Origin: Priapulus caudatus
Lineage: Eukaryota
Reading direction: 5' to 3'
DNA: 38,774 nucleotides
NCBI RefSeq assembly: GCF_000485595.1
Contig: NW_014577088.1
Location: 385,810 to 424,583 of the forward strand
A program made the translations under genes and the position numbers. The notes below the pieces were generated by a model that worked only from the letters and a program-made list of their open reading frames with translations, made no database searches and was not told the origin of the DNA. Of the stretch, positions 25,801 through 37,500 are shown piece by piece (position 1 is the stretch's first letter; each line of letters starts with the position of its first letter).

Positions 25801-28434
25801 TAATGATTAGTACTATATTAGTTTTGTTTCCTTATGACTACATCCAATTTATCATTGCAGACATTTAGAGTTCCCCATTCGATAGTAAAACAACAATGAG
25901 TTTTAAATCATGCCACACATAACAGACGAAGCTAAACATCATTTCTCGGATAGAGGTACGGTAAGGATACGGTGAGGTAGGGCAAGGGTACGGTAACGTA
26001 CGGCAAGGGTACGGTAACGTACAGTAAGGGTAAGGTGAAGGTACGGTAAGGTTATTTCGCGAAGTGTCTGCGAACCATGGCCTGCTTCATCAAACGTTCA
26101 ACACCTACTCGCCGGACATCCGCTAAACCGGGGATGTTGTGGAGACGACTGAATACGCGTGAATATTACACGGGACACGTTAGTAAATGGCCACGCGGTA
26201 ATCTGCATGGACATGTGGAGGCGGTGTGCACTGCACTGCGCTATTATCCCTGCGCGCACTTGTCTAGGAATAGTCGCTCAAGACACGCTACAGCTCGTCG
26301 GCAGTCGCCGCCGCGCCGCACAGATCTATCTATGCCGGTAAACTGTACCGCGGAAAAACCTGCATGCAAAACACCGCGCGCCGAATGTGTGCGTTCGAAG
26401 ACCTTGAATGAAGAAGATCAATTTATCCAGCTGTAAACGTGCAGTGAGAGCAGAGCGCAGTATTAGCATCAGCGGCAGCAGCATATGGATCGATGAAATT
26501 ATGCGGGGAGTGTCTGCTAATGTGGTGTTGAACGACATGGATTTGTGCCCATAAGATTTTACTGGCCGGCAACTGGTTAACGTTAAAATAGGCAAGTGAA
26601 GCCTCAAACACGACGATGACGATGTTCGTCACCGTGGAGTTGAATTTAAATGCGCCAATCTAGTCCAAGGGCAACGTACACGCGCAAACGCACGCTACAG
26701 TGCACGCCTACTGTACACGAGTTCGACGAAGGGCAGTAACCTTGAACCAAGACATACTGCTTATAAAAAATACCGCGCTGCAGCTTATGCAACTAGCGGG
26801 GAAATCCGCCCTACTCCGGTTTATCACACGCCAGGGAAAGGGATCCTCGTCGTCACAATAGCACATAGTTCACTCGCCGCCTGTTACGCTACTGTCTGGA
26901 AACCTGTCAGTTGGTAAATTACAGTCTTCGCTGGTCGGGGAAAGCAGAGGCGCCCATTTATTTGCGTGTTTCGCTGACCCACTCTGCTATTTGAAGCAGA
27001 AAAATCCCTACGCGATCCATTCCGAGAAAACTGGTAAAACGAGTTTCGCGGGCCCGCACGAAATTGCCGGCGAAAACCCAGTGTGCTTGTTTGTTGGGGG
27101 GCCATGATCCCTGCGAGGTCGTGTCAACAACACTGACTGCCGGCGCGCATGCACGAACCGCTCATCGCGCGGTAGCAGGGAAATGAGATGAAAATGAACG
27201 CCGGTCGCGTAGGCAACGAAAGCGCTGGCATTTCGACACCGGGTATCTCATACCCCGCACAGACAACACTCGGCAACTGGCGTGCGGAGAGGAGCGGACA
27301 GGCCGACACACGGCGTGTGTCACACCCTGGGTCCGCCGCCGCCCCCTACCGCACCCCTGCGCTAACCGCGATGAGTACGCGTCTATATTCTCACGCGCCA
27401 TTATTATGACAATGATCACCGGCTTCACACAGTCAACCCTCTAATTTATATATTATATATATATATATATATTATATATATATACCCCCATGTTTTCTTC
27501 ACGTCAAAAGCAATGGTACGTTCTCGCGAAACGATTTTGAACTAAATTCTTTCGGCCTATATGAATATGGTCGTGAAGTATGGCAAAAACGCTACAGCAA
27601 GAATAGTTGCCGAACGGGAGTTGCACTATACACCCCGGTAAATTTAAAAAACGATATATTTTAATCATTATTATTTTCACTGCTATGAATGTAATAGTAT
27701 AAACGCATCATTATTGTTTTGTATGAGAACGCAATAAAACTGCAACCAGACCAATATAAACCCGGCCGTCACAACTGCGCGACGCGAGTTCATACAACGG
27801 TGACAGACGCCAGACAGGGATTGTTACTGAAACACAAGTCACTCAATCATATGAAGGGTTATGACGTAAATCAAATCCATAAGCAATTGCGAACGAATAG
27901 AACTATTTCGACCCCAATAGGCATGTATGACTACATCGCGCTCTCGACACAGACTCGACAAAATAGTGCAATCAGACAGTTTCACGTGATCTCAAACGTT
28001 CACATGAAATAACACAACGGTACGGTGCGCTCCAATTACGACAGATCAATGACAGTAGCAAATTCTGTCTCAATTTCCCTGTTTTTTACGAGGATGGATA
28101 GATGGATGGATGGATGGATGGATGGATGGATGGATGGATGGATGGATGGATGGATGGATGGATGGATGGATGGATGGATGGATGATGATGTCCATATTTT
28201 TGCTCAGTTGCGATTTTTTCGTCGGGCGCAGCTTTAAGGCACAAGCTGGACGACATTACCCGCTATATCTCGTAAAGGTTAAAGAGCGGGGAGAAAAAAT
28301 TATGCTATAGTCGTCGTCGTTTTGCTCGGCTTAGAAACAGTCGCACAAAGCGCTTGTCATCCATCGATTGACAGCGGCGTGCACCTGCTGTCTCTGTCTC
28401 TGTCTCTGTATATATATATATATATATCTAGCTT

Positions 28435-28465
<31 letters not shown>

Positions 28466-31400
28466 CGCACTGTATCTATCTATCTATTTATCTATCTATC
28501 CGTCCATCCGTCAATCCGTCCGTCCGTCCGTTTATCCACCCATCCATCCATCCATCCATCCATCCATCCATCCATCCATCCATCCATCCATCCATCCATC
28601 CATCCATCCATCCCATCCATCCCATCCACCCATCCCATCCCATCATCCCATCCATCCCATCCACCCATCCATTCATCCTATATGCCATCCATCCCATCCA
28701 TCCCATCCATCCCANNNNNNNNNNNNNNNNNNNNNNNNNATGTTATATATATATATATAATATTTATATATATATATAATATATATATGCATGCCCTAAC
28801 GTATTCACCCCACTCCCCTATCCCTCCCATGCGCTCCTCCCTCTCACCTATCCGCCATCTCCCCGCACCTGTCTCGCCCGCCACCCCTCCTCTCCTCCCC
28901 CCCCCACCCTGGGACGTCTCCCCTCACTCGCTCTCCCCTCTTCTCTCTCTCTCTCTCGCTTTGTCTCTCTCTCTCTCTCTACTCTCTCTCTCTCTTTATC
29001 TTCTCTCTCTCTTCCTCCCTCTCTTTCCCACTCGGCTCTTTCTCTCTCTCTCTCTCTATCTCTATCTCTCTCTCCTCTACTCTCGTCTCTCTTTCCTTTC
29101 TTCCACTCTTTTCCCCCCCCTTCTCTCTTCTTAGCTGTTTCTCATATATATATTTAACGTTAGTTAGTACATAGTTATGAAACAGCCCCAAAGCGATTGT
29201 GTAAGTTGTTAACGTCTGCCTGCCCTACGATACGTTATTTATTTATTTATACTGTGATATCACATACCGGCTCCTGTGATGTCATGGCTGCATCGCACGC
29301 CCTCTACCGTGCCGTCCTCCTCCACGTAAAACAGGGGATCCGTTTCTAGCACGGGATATTCCTCGAACAGTCCCCACCGATAGAAGCCCCATTGTTGCAC
29401 CAGCAGTTTCGCTGTAAAACAATGTTTATATTGAGTAGAAACGTGGAGTTCTATTTATTTCATTCACATCACACGTATTTATGAGGGTGAGATGCAGAGA
29501 GAAAGCTATATATATATATATATATATACAGAGACAGAGACAGAGACAGCAGGTGCACGCCGCTGTCAATCGATGGATGACAAGCGCTTTGTGCGACTGT
29601 TTCTAAGCCGAGCAAAACGACGACTATAGCATAATTTTTTCTCCCCGCTCTTTAACCTTTACGAGATATAGCGGGGTAATGTCGTCCAGCTTGTGCCTTA
29701 AAGCTGCCGCGACGAAAAAATCGCAACTGAGCAAAAATATCGCCGCTATCGTAAAATGTTAACCAAGCTGAACTGCTACGAAACCTCGTACCGAACCGAA
29801 CCGAACGTACAAATGGCGCAGTAGGTAATTGCCATCTTTGGATTATTTGCGGGCGATTTTATGAGAGAATACACGCAGTGGAACTAGCAATACAACCACG
29901 TGTCTCGATCTCTTACCGCTGCCCCTGAACAGCTATTCCTCTCATGTTTTATTCATATTATATGTCATCATTTATTTCAATGTTGCATAATACGTTCGTA
30001 ATTAAATTCCATTACCAGCTAACTGCGGACAGCACTCACGGCGTTCACGAGAACGACGGGTAATAGAATCGGGTATATGTAATAGCAGGCAAGACAAACG
30101 ATGTGATACCTGACACTGGTGGAAAAAAAGAACAAATGCCGCGGTAAGCGCCAGCTGAGATACGGTTTCCATGGCAACGCTTTGACCGACGCACACACAA
30201 AATATGTCACGCATTTCTACACTTCATGGTGATCAAGTGTATGAAGTTTGATTGCAACCCATTGAAAACTGTGGAAGTAATTCGCGCCACAAACTTTGTG
30301 CAACGGCGAGGGTATATTAAAGATGAGAGACGGTTTCCATGGCAACGCCTTGACCGACGCACAAAAAATATGTCACGTACATCAAGTGTATGATGTTTGA
30401 TTGGAATCCCTTGAAAACCGTGAAAGTAGTTCGCGCCACAAACTTTTTGCAACGGACCAACCGACCGCCTGCCCGCCCGCCCGCCAGACCGCCCGACCGC
30501 CAGACCGGCCGACCGACCGTCAAATGACTCCTATATACCCCCTTCAAACTTCGTTTGCGGGGGTATAATAAATAGCGCTAAATAATTAAATCAAACCACA
30601 GCGCATACATATACTAAAGTCAGACGAAGCAACCAGAGGGCACGAGAACGCAAAGCACAATGGCACAAGATCACGATGGCACAATGATCATTATCACTTC
30701 GTAATCACGTTAATTGAGTTTTAATGTAGTAATTAAGCTATGAAATTGTGGACTTATACATTAAATTCAAGTATGCTATTCACCAAATAAAAAATTCTCT
30801 AAAATTAAGGGAACATAAATACTAGAATTATCATTATTACGAGTACGAAACAATGCAGACTTGTGCCATAATTACTTGGAGGGGGTCCTATTCGCATATA
30901 TATACGGAGAAAGCGAGACATTCGACGCGGGCGGCCTTAACAACCTGACATCCACTCAGTTGAAGGGTGCTCCGTTCCAGCTCAATCCACACGTTTTTCA
31001 GAATGAAGGTAGGATTGTCCATAGATCTACAATTCATGTGCACACTGTAGTGGAACAAGTTAGATTGTGCCGATATTGATGGTAGATGGCTGCTAGTAGC
31101 GATACCCCATATACATGACTGCGATACCCCCCTATACATGGCTGCCACACGAGCTAAATCCAATAGTAGATTTATCTGTTTGCATTCTGTAGTGAAGCAA
31201 GATATACAACGAAACTTACTCAATGCTGGCCGCATAGCACAATGACGCAGCCCCCCCCCCCCGTTTGAAACCTCGTTAGTGGGAAGCACATGCGCTATAT
31301 TATATAGTGAATTAAATGTAATGTCACGTCAAAGTACCTACTCATCATTTTCAATGCTAGCACATAGCTAGCGTTTTATTTCCGTCCACTACACGCCATC

Positions 31401-32746
31401 TCGTAGCCTTCCTATTTCATCCCCGCAGCGTGAACATCCTCTCAACTAGTTGTATATAGTGGCTTCAGTAAACAGCTGCATTGATTACTAGCTCACAGCT
31501 GCTGTCAAAACGCGTTTTTGTTCCTGCGGGATTGTGGGTAATCGCGTATCTAGGCCAACGCCCCGGAGTGGCGCAGGTCAACGAACCACTCGCCAGGCAA
31601 ACAGCGAGTGAGTGAGGGATCTAGCTAGCATGTGGGGCAGTTACACGCGCACCAGCATTCATGTTGTTGTTGTTGTTGTCGTCGTCGTCTGCCACGCACA
31701 CGGAGGCTTGGCAAACTTGAGCACGAACGTGCTGTCAATGCACTCTCCTACCCCATGTGTGATTAAGCGGCCAGAACATATACCTACCTCGCAGTGCTGG
31801 CGCAAAGCTGTTTGCGAATTACGAATGAAAGGTGATGAAATATGAAATCGTGAACATGTTTGACATGGGATGAATTATTATTGGCGCAAAGGCGATGACT
31901 GTATCTTGTACTCACTTGAAACTATAGGCGCAGGGCAAATGAGAATGTCACTCTTATTCTACTTAGTGAATTACAATGTAACGTTGATTTTTCTATTGTC
32001 AACTGCCTATACCATTGAGGCAAATAGGAAGGCAATTAGCCTCCAGGGGTAAACAACCACCGGATCCTTGTGCTTGATTAATAAGCGTATCACAGTCAGT
32101 GACCCCCACCCAATAACTGATTCTCTTTGAACTGTACAACGCAAACAATATGAATATGTCAACCTGACCGGGATAAATAGATGAAGGATTGCTACCACAA
32201 ATTTTTTATATCGATGTTAGCAAGATAACATCAGAATCTTGTGCCATCATGAAATTATTCAACCTGGCAACATCACATCGCTATATCAATAATACGCGCA
32301 ATAATTATAATAACATATATATCAAGTAACTAATATGATATTATATTATTCTACAATTTTATGATAAATATTATGACTAATATATATATGCTCATAGTTG
32401 CATAATATATAGTAGCAAAATAAAGGATCCATACAAATCGTCATAATTACTGGTGCACATCGCAAGTATAGAATGGGTATGGTAATGTACTGAAGAAACA
32501 GGAGATACATATGAGAAGGGACACTAATGAATGCACCCGAGGAAGAGTGTAGAATGCATGTGAGGACTATAATGTGGGCTGATTAAGTAGAACTAACTTA
32601 CCATCTCTGCTCATGCCGACGGCAATGCACTTCTTTAGGCGACAGTACTGGCAGCGGTTGCGGTTGATACGTAGGATTGAGCACTGCTGGTTCTTCATGC
32701 ATGGTCGGTATTGAATCTTTTGCTGAATGCTCCTCCTGAAGAACCC
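21510..32746 (-). CDS. E75: Ecdysone-inducible nuclear receptor E75 / Rev-erb orthologue (NR1D), 5' incomplete; exons 32602-32746, 24757-24995, 23635-23805, 23080-23308, 21510-22825
   Basis: [64 protein letters not shown] is the second zinc finger plus C-terminal extension typical of arthropod E75. The LBD has [34 protein letters not shown] and [14 protein letters not shown], with no AF-2 helix. Exons sum to 2100 nt with consistent phases. Confidence 0.96.
23080..23308 (-). CDS. E75: E75 LBD exon
   Basis: [16 protein letters not shown]...[28 protein letters not shown]. Confidence 0.94.
23635..23805 (-). CDS. E75: E75 LBD exon (heme-ligand Cys-Pro)
   Basis: ACPLNPNP...[35 protein letters not shown]. 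Confidence 0.94.
24757..24995 (-). CDS. E75: E75 hinge exon
   Basis: tttag|(A)[19 protein letters not shown]...YATCPTQM|gtaaga. Confidence 0.94.
25173..25608. mobile_element. PIF/Harbinger-like MITE in an E75 intron
   Basis: 24-bp perfect TIR agctgggtttacactgacgatttt with 3-bp TSD tca. Confidence 0.82.
26392..26404. promoter_or_regulatory. EcRE-like IR1 variant
   Basis: Minus strand reads AGGTCT-T-CGAACG. Confidence 0.4.
28092..29130. repeat. Microsatellite cluster (GGAT)n, (CCAT)n, (TA)n, (CT)n around the N-gap 28715-28739
   Basis: Seen directly in the sequence. Confidence 0.9.
30131..30570. mobile_element. Helentron-associated (HINE/DINE-1-like) non-autonomous element
   Basis: Two core repeats of about 130-150 bp, then a (ccga/ccgc)n microsatellite and a terminal hairpin tataccccc...gggggtata. 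Confidence 0.65.
31575..31587. promoter_or_regulatory. EcRE-like IR1 element
   Basis: AGGTCA-A-CGAACC inside an E75 intron. Confidence 0.45.
32602..32746 (-). CDS. E75: E75 exon encoding the second zinc finger
   Basis: tttcag|[10 protein letters not shown]...VGMSRD|gtaagt. Confidence 0.95.
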
Positions 32747-33931
32747 CTGAAACAAGCAAAACAAAGATGCTGATCACGCGTTTCCTTCGAATAATCATCA
32801 GCTCGTGCATATAGTTCTCTAACAACAACCTGTACTCGTTTCCAGTGCTTACGGCCCGCATTTAAATCGATAGATTCTGTTAGAAATTTTCCTTGCAGAC
32901 GTTTCTTGTAGATTGCAGACAAACCAACTCCAATTTACCAAAATCAATGACGTTATACTGTCGACATTTTTGCTATACTAAATTACATTTAAGGTAATCA
33001 AATAAAAACGGGAGAGTTAGAATGTACAGTTTTCCCCCTGAGCGACTTTGACATTGACATTGCTTTTGTTTTTGACTTTGTCTTTGACATTGCTTCTGTG
33101 CATTTGAAATGGGGTTTCCTCGATACAGTACCTACAAGATTATGGCTAAGATACATTACTATGAGTTTTAATTTTGTCACCTCAAATCTACTCACATTTA
33201 AAATAGTCAAACAACAATTAAGGCTTCTGAGAATTATTTGATAAGCAGGCGCCATGCACCTAAGCCGTTTGAACAAAAAATGATGGTAAATAAACACAAG
33301 TTGTACTTACTACCAGTCTTAATGTTGGTACTCTTTATCCCCCAAATAATTTAACACACATCTCATCCAACGCATGCCGCTGTGCACAATCTCTAAATCA
33401 ACGATTCAACATAGCAAAAAACTAAATTTTCTGAGAGCTTGTACAATGACATACGTGCTGTAAGATTGCGTATTGTAGTGGCGCATTTGAGCGGTATTTG
33501 CGTATAGTTATTATAGTATATATGTTATATATGTACAGAGAGTAGATCAACTTTGGGGTTACAATTTGTGTTCATTTACCATTAATTTATTGTTGAAGCG
33601 GCTCAAGTGCCTGTGATCCAACACAAAAGGGAAACACGGCAGACGCTACTTATTATACGTGCTCTTATTTGCGCATTAGCACAGATTCCTGGCCGGAAAC
33701 AAACATCAATAGCCTACGGTAAACCATTTGCCGAGCCGACGTTATGTCTCTTTTTAATAACAGCCACATTAGAGGCTTCACTACTCGTACGGTGATCGTA
33801 GAGCAGCTCGTTAACTATTGGGCAGCCGTAGCATTACGCCGTAGACAGCTGCCACTAGCAGCATGACTCCTGCTGATGATTTATATAGCCGCCCGATTTA
33901 TCGTGGCGCGTGTATCAGATGCACTTTGCCG

Positions 33932-33944
33932 AGGTCAATGAACG
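33932..33944. promoter_or_regulatory. EcRE-like IR1 element
   Basis: AGGTCA-A-TGAACG inside an E75 intron. Confidence 0.5.
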
Positions 33945-34442
33945 ATAGCGCGCACACATTTGCACCAGCAGGGCCTTTCCTGGCTGGCACACATTCCCAA
34001 CTAAACAAACAACTAGGGATAAACCCCTAATACCCTAACACTAACCGCTGACGACGCTAAACCTAACACCACTTGTTTACGAGTATGTGAAGATACGCGC
34101 TGGAACACTCATAGATAAAAACTAGGGGCGGTTGTGCATGTTAGCTTAGGGGAGCGTAGCGGGGGCGGGCCGGCTGAGGCTGAGCAAGGGGAGGACTCGA
34201 GCAAGCAGCCAGCGAGGACGTAGTCCCCGCCCGCCGGGGCGGCGCCGTGGGAGTAGACCGAGGGAACCCGAAGAATAGGTCGTGAAACTGGAGAGAACTG
34301 GTGCCCGGCAGCCCCGTCACACCATGCACACTGAGTTAGCATGGCCGGGCCCGGGGAGCCCGCGACATGGAGGTTGAGTGGCCTTTGGCCTCTAGCGACA
34401 GGTGCTAGTAGGCACACTCTGATTTGTACTAATAGTTATAAC

Positions 34443-34510
34443 ATCAGGAGTGTAGTAAGTAGGGGGTGTATAAACAGGCAGTGATAAGTCCGCTATTATA
34501 CACTCCTGAT
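34443..34510. mobile_element. 68-bp mini element with TIR atcaggagtgta
   Basis: 12-bp perfect TIR flanked by ataac on both sides; termini resemble the 11033-11902 element. Confidence 0.5.
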
Positions 34511-37500
34511 ATAACCATGGTACTAAATTGGTAATGCCTCGCATCAATAATCAATTATGAGCCATCTGTTGGGGCCAACATTGGGCCCACGGGACAATAT
34601 TATCGTCTTCACCCTGAGCTCCTGTGACTAACATTATTGTAGCGATCTGGCCGGGTATTGTCAGCACGCATGCATGCTGGTATTATGCATGCAGCGCGCA
34701 GTCGCTGTCAATTAAGGGAGAGCGCAGCGGTTTGGTGATCTTGGCCAGTCTGAAGCCCCGCCCGCCGCACAAACGGGAAACTAAACAATGGCTGCAGCAA
34801 GAAGTAGCTCAGGCGCTGGCGCCAGGATTCGCGCGCGCAGAGTGATCTGCACGGGGGATTTGTTTGGCCTAGCGTGTCTGATGAGACGGCGGGATATGCG
34901 TAGGTCGTGTTTTGAGTATATTTTGGCGCAAACGGCGAGGCCAGAAACTCACGCGGGTTGAGTGCGGGCTCTCGGTGGCCTATCAGCTCAGGCCACGAAA
35001 GATATTTAGCCGCGGGACCCATATGAAAGCGCTTAGGAAATAGGGCATGTGATTTAAAAAAGTCGGTCGCCGCACTGAACAGGGGGTAGAGAAAGAAAAG
35101 CCTCCTACATTTCGCTGTAAGATTCTGGCTGATGTGCACAGTAGCAGCCTGCGTGTGTGGGCCGCGGGCGGTGTGCAGGTACAACGTTCGTGCGTGCGTG
35201 CATGCGTGCGTTTGCACGTACACATGAGCTACGATGAGTGTGTGCGTGTCGTGTGTTACGTACCACGTGCCGTGACGTGGCGTCCGTGTGAGTGGGCACG
35301 TACACGTGGGCGTGGTGTGCCACCGAGTAACTGGTGACGTGGCGTGCCTCCCGTGGAACATGCATCATGGCACGCACGCGGACTGAGCACGTACCGGCCA
35401 GCCGGCGCGACGGCCAACACAGGGTGGCCCAAGCAGCACCGTGGTAACTGGCCAGCCACGCCACAGACAGCCCCGCAACCCGCAGGCACCGGGAAACCGG
35501 TGTGAACTGCGAACACCCGGCCCAAGGCGACCACACGGCAAAAGCACGCGAGCCCCGCGACGTGGTACGTGCGACACCGCAAATCGCGACGGGTGTACGT
35601 GCCCCCACACACCACCGCGGGAGCCACCCGCAATCCCCAGCGACGCAGCACGCAAAAACGCCAACGCACGTCACGTGACGTAACACACGCCCACCCACGC
35701 ACACCACATCAAATGTACGCAATGTGAGTGGCACAAACGCAACAGCCAATGCCGCAACGACACTTTTTGATAAAACTTGTGTAGCCTGCTAGTCACCGCC
35801 GCACGACACGCACGGTGTAGGGCACAATCACAGAAGTCTAGCAGAAAAGTAAGGTTTTCCGTGCCCGTGCGTCAGTGGCGCGCCGAGCATTGTGTAATCA
35901 ACGAATCCACTAATATCCTGGCGCTTCAAGTTGTGCGGATAAAATATTTGGGCTGAGGCTGAAATACGGCTCAAACAGGAGCCCCGGCACAACGCCTGAG
36001 CTTTCTGCCGCGGCGTGGCAACATAATATCAAAAAAGATAGATATCGGATCTCACAGCCACGGCGAGCTCAAAAATCGTGAAAACACGAGATGGGGTGGG
36101 GGGGGGCGGGAGGCCGTAAGAGAAACCCGAGCTAGAAATAAAGAAAAAAATGCTGCGCCGCAACCACCGCTGAGCTACTCCTGCTGAAGCCAACGCGTCT
36201 CCCTTGAGGCCGGTTGGCTCAAGGCAGTGTAACATCAGGGCCGTGTGCGCGGATTTGAGCAGGCAGCTCTCGCGGTAGCGCGACAAAAGGCTCGTAATGC
36301 GATTGAATGTTTGGTTCATGTGACTTCAATATCAGAGCACCTCAAAAAATTGTGTTTACTATGGGTAACGGGCCACTGAAAAAGCCAGTTGGCGCTAAGG
36401 AGGAAAAGCGGCCAAGGATTGCCAACATGTAAACTGATCGCTTGCTGGCTTGCGTTCACAACAACAACACATCTTCCTTTTTCGAGATCTATCGACTGTT
36501 AAGCGCGCTTTGGTCAAATCCGATAGACGGCCTGAGTATGTCAGCATGAATTGCTCGAGATTAATTGAGTAATCGAAGTAAGAGTGTAGGGTTTGCGATG
36601 TGGCCGCCAGCGTCAGGTACGCAGGTCCAGTGGAGACAATAGTAATGAACATGCTGGGCGAAGTGACGCAAGCATGTTTGACTGGCTAGCGGCAGTAGTA
36701 CTTACTAATTAGGCGCTTTCACCACAATCTGCTTGACATTGCTTCTGGGAATTAGCTCTTAGTGCATTGGGGACGTGGGGGATAAAGGACTTGCAAAAAA
36801 TAAACATGCCACTACTTACACGCGAAAGCATCTGCTCGCCGAAACCATCTGTCCTCCCGCTAGCAAGTTGCGCCTCGGTTTGGCCTAGGTAACAAGAGGT
36901 CATTCGACCTCTAGCCACCTACCCCCCCCGCCGTACACTGTGTATGCTGGCAAGCACACACACCTACTGTATTGGCTAGTTACGATGAATGGGGTCTCAT
37001 GCCCAATGCCATTTCTGCAGGTAGGGCTGATACCTTTTGGCTGATGTAGACGTCTTCCTGGTTTGGGCATGGAATTCCGCAGGTAGGCTCGTTCTGTTTC
37101 GAAGGAGTAGTTATCAGTGATATCACTAAGTCAGTATGTAGCGGTAAACACAACTTATGCGATACACCCTGACTTATATACAGTTTCAATTAGCAGTTTA
37201 GTGTATGCACAAGCAGTCAATATCTTAATTTTTTCTGATGCTGCTGCTGGTGCTTGCGTGTGGTCGTGTGCTGCGCCGGTGCGTGCGTGCGTGCCGTGCG
37301 TGCGTCGTGGCGTGCGTGGCGTGGTCAGTGTGCTCGCGTGGCGTCGCGTGGCGATAGTGTAGCTGCCTCTCCAACCAAATTAGCTAGAAATTCATTTTTA
37401 ACGTTTATGTTAATCATGAATACCAGCTAAAAACGCCTGAAAACGTCGAAGAATATCGACACGCTCAACTTTTTGATAAACAAACGGCGTAGTTCTTTTG

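Noticed and set aside
25952..26052. GGTAC/GGTAA pentamer array resembling repeated splice donors
   Set aside because: It lies antisense to E75 and is best explained as a degenerate simple repeat.
28322..29134. 270-aa ORF and neighbouring ORFs
   Set aside because: Translations of microsatellites spanning an N-gap.
31220..31306. Possible DBD-less (E75D-like) first exon MRPAL|gtaagt with upstream TATATAA
   Set aside because: The phase fits the hinge exon, but it is too short to distinguish from chance without transcript data.
34109..34417. ORF considered as an E75 alternative N-terminus
   Set aside because: It ends in a stop with no convincing phase-compatible donor and lies next to repeat-like sequence.
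34708..35749. Overlapping 217- and 214-aa minus-strand ORFs
   Set aside because: Low-complexity GC-rich sequence with few stops and no protein-family signal.
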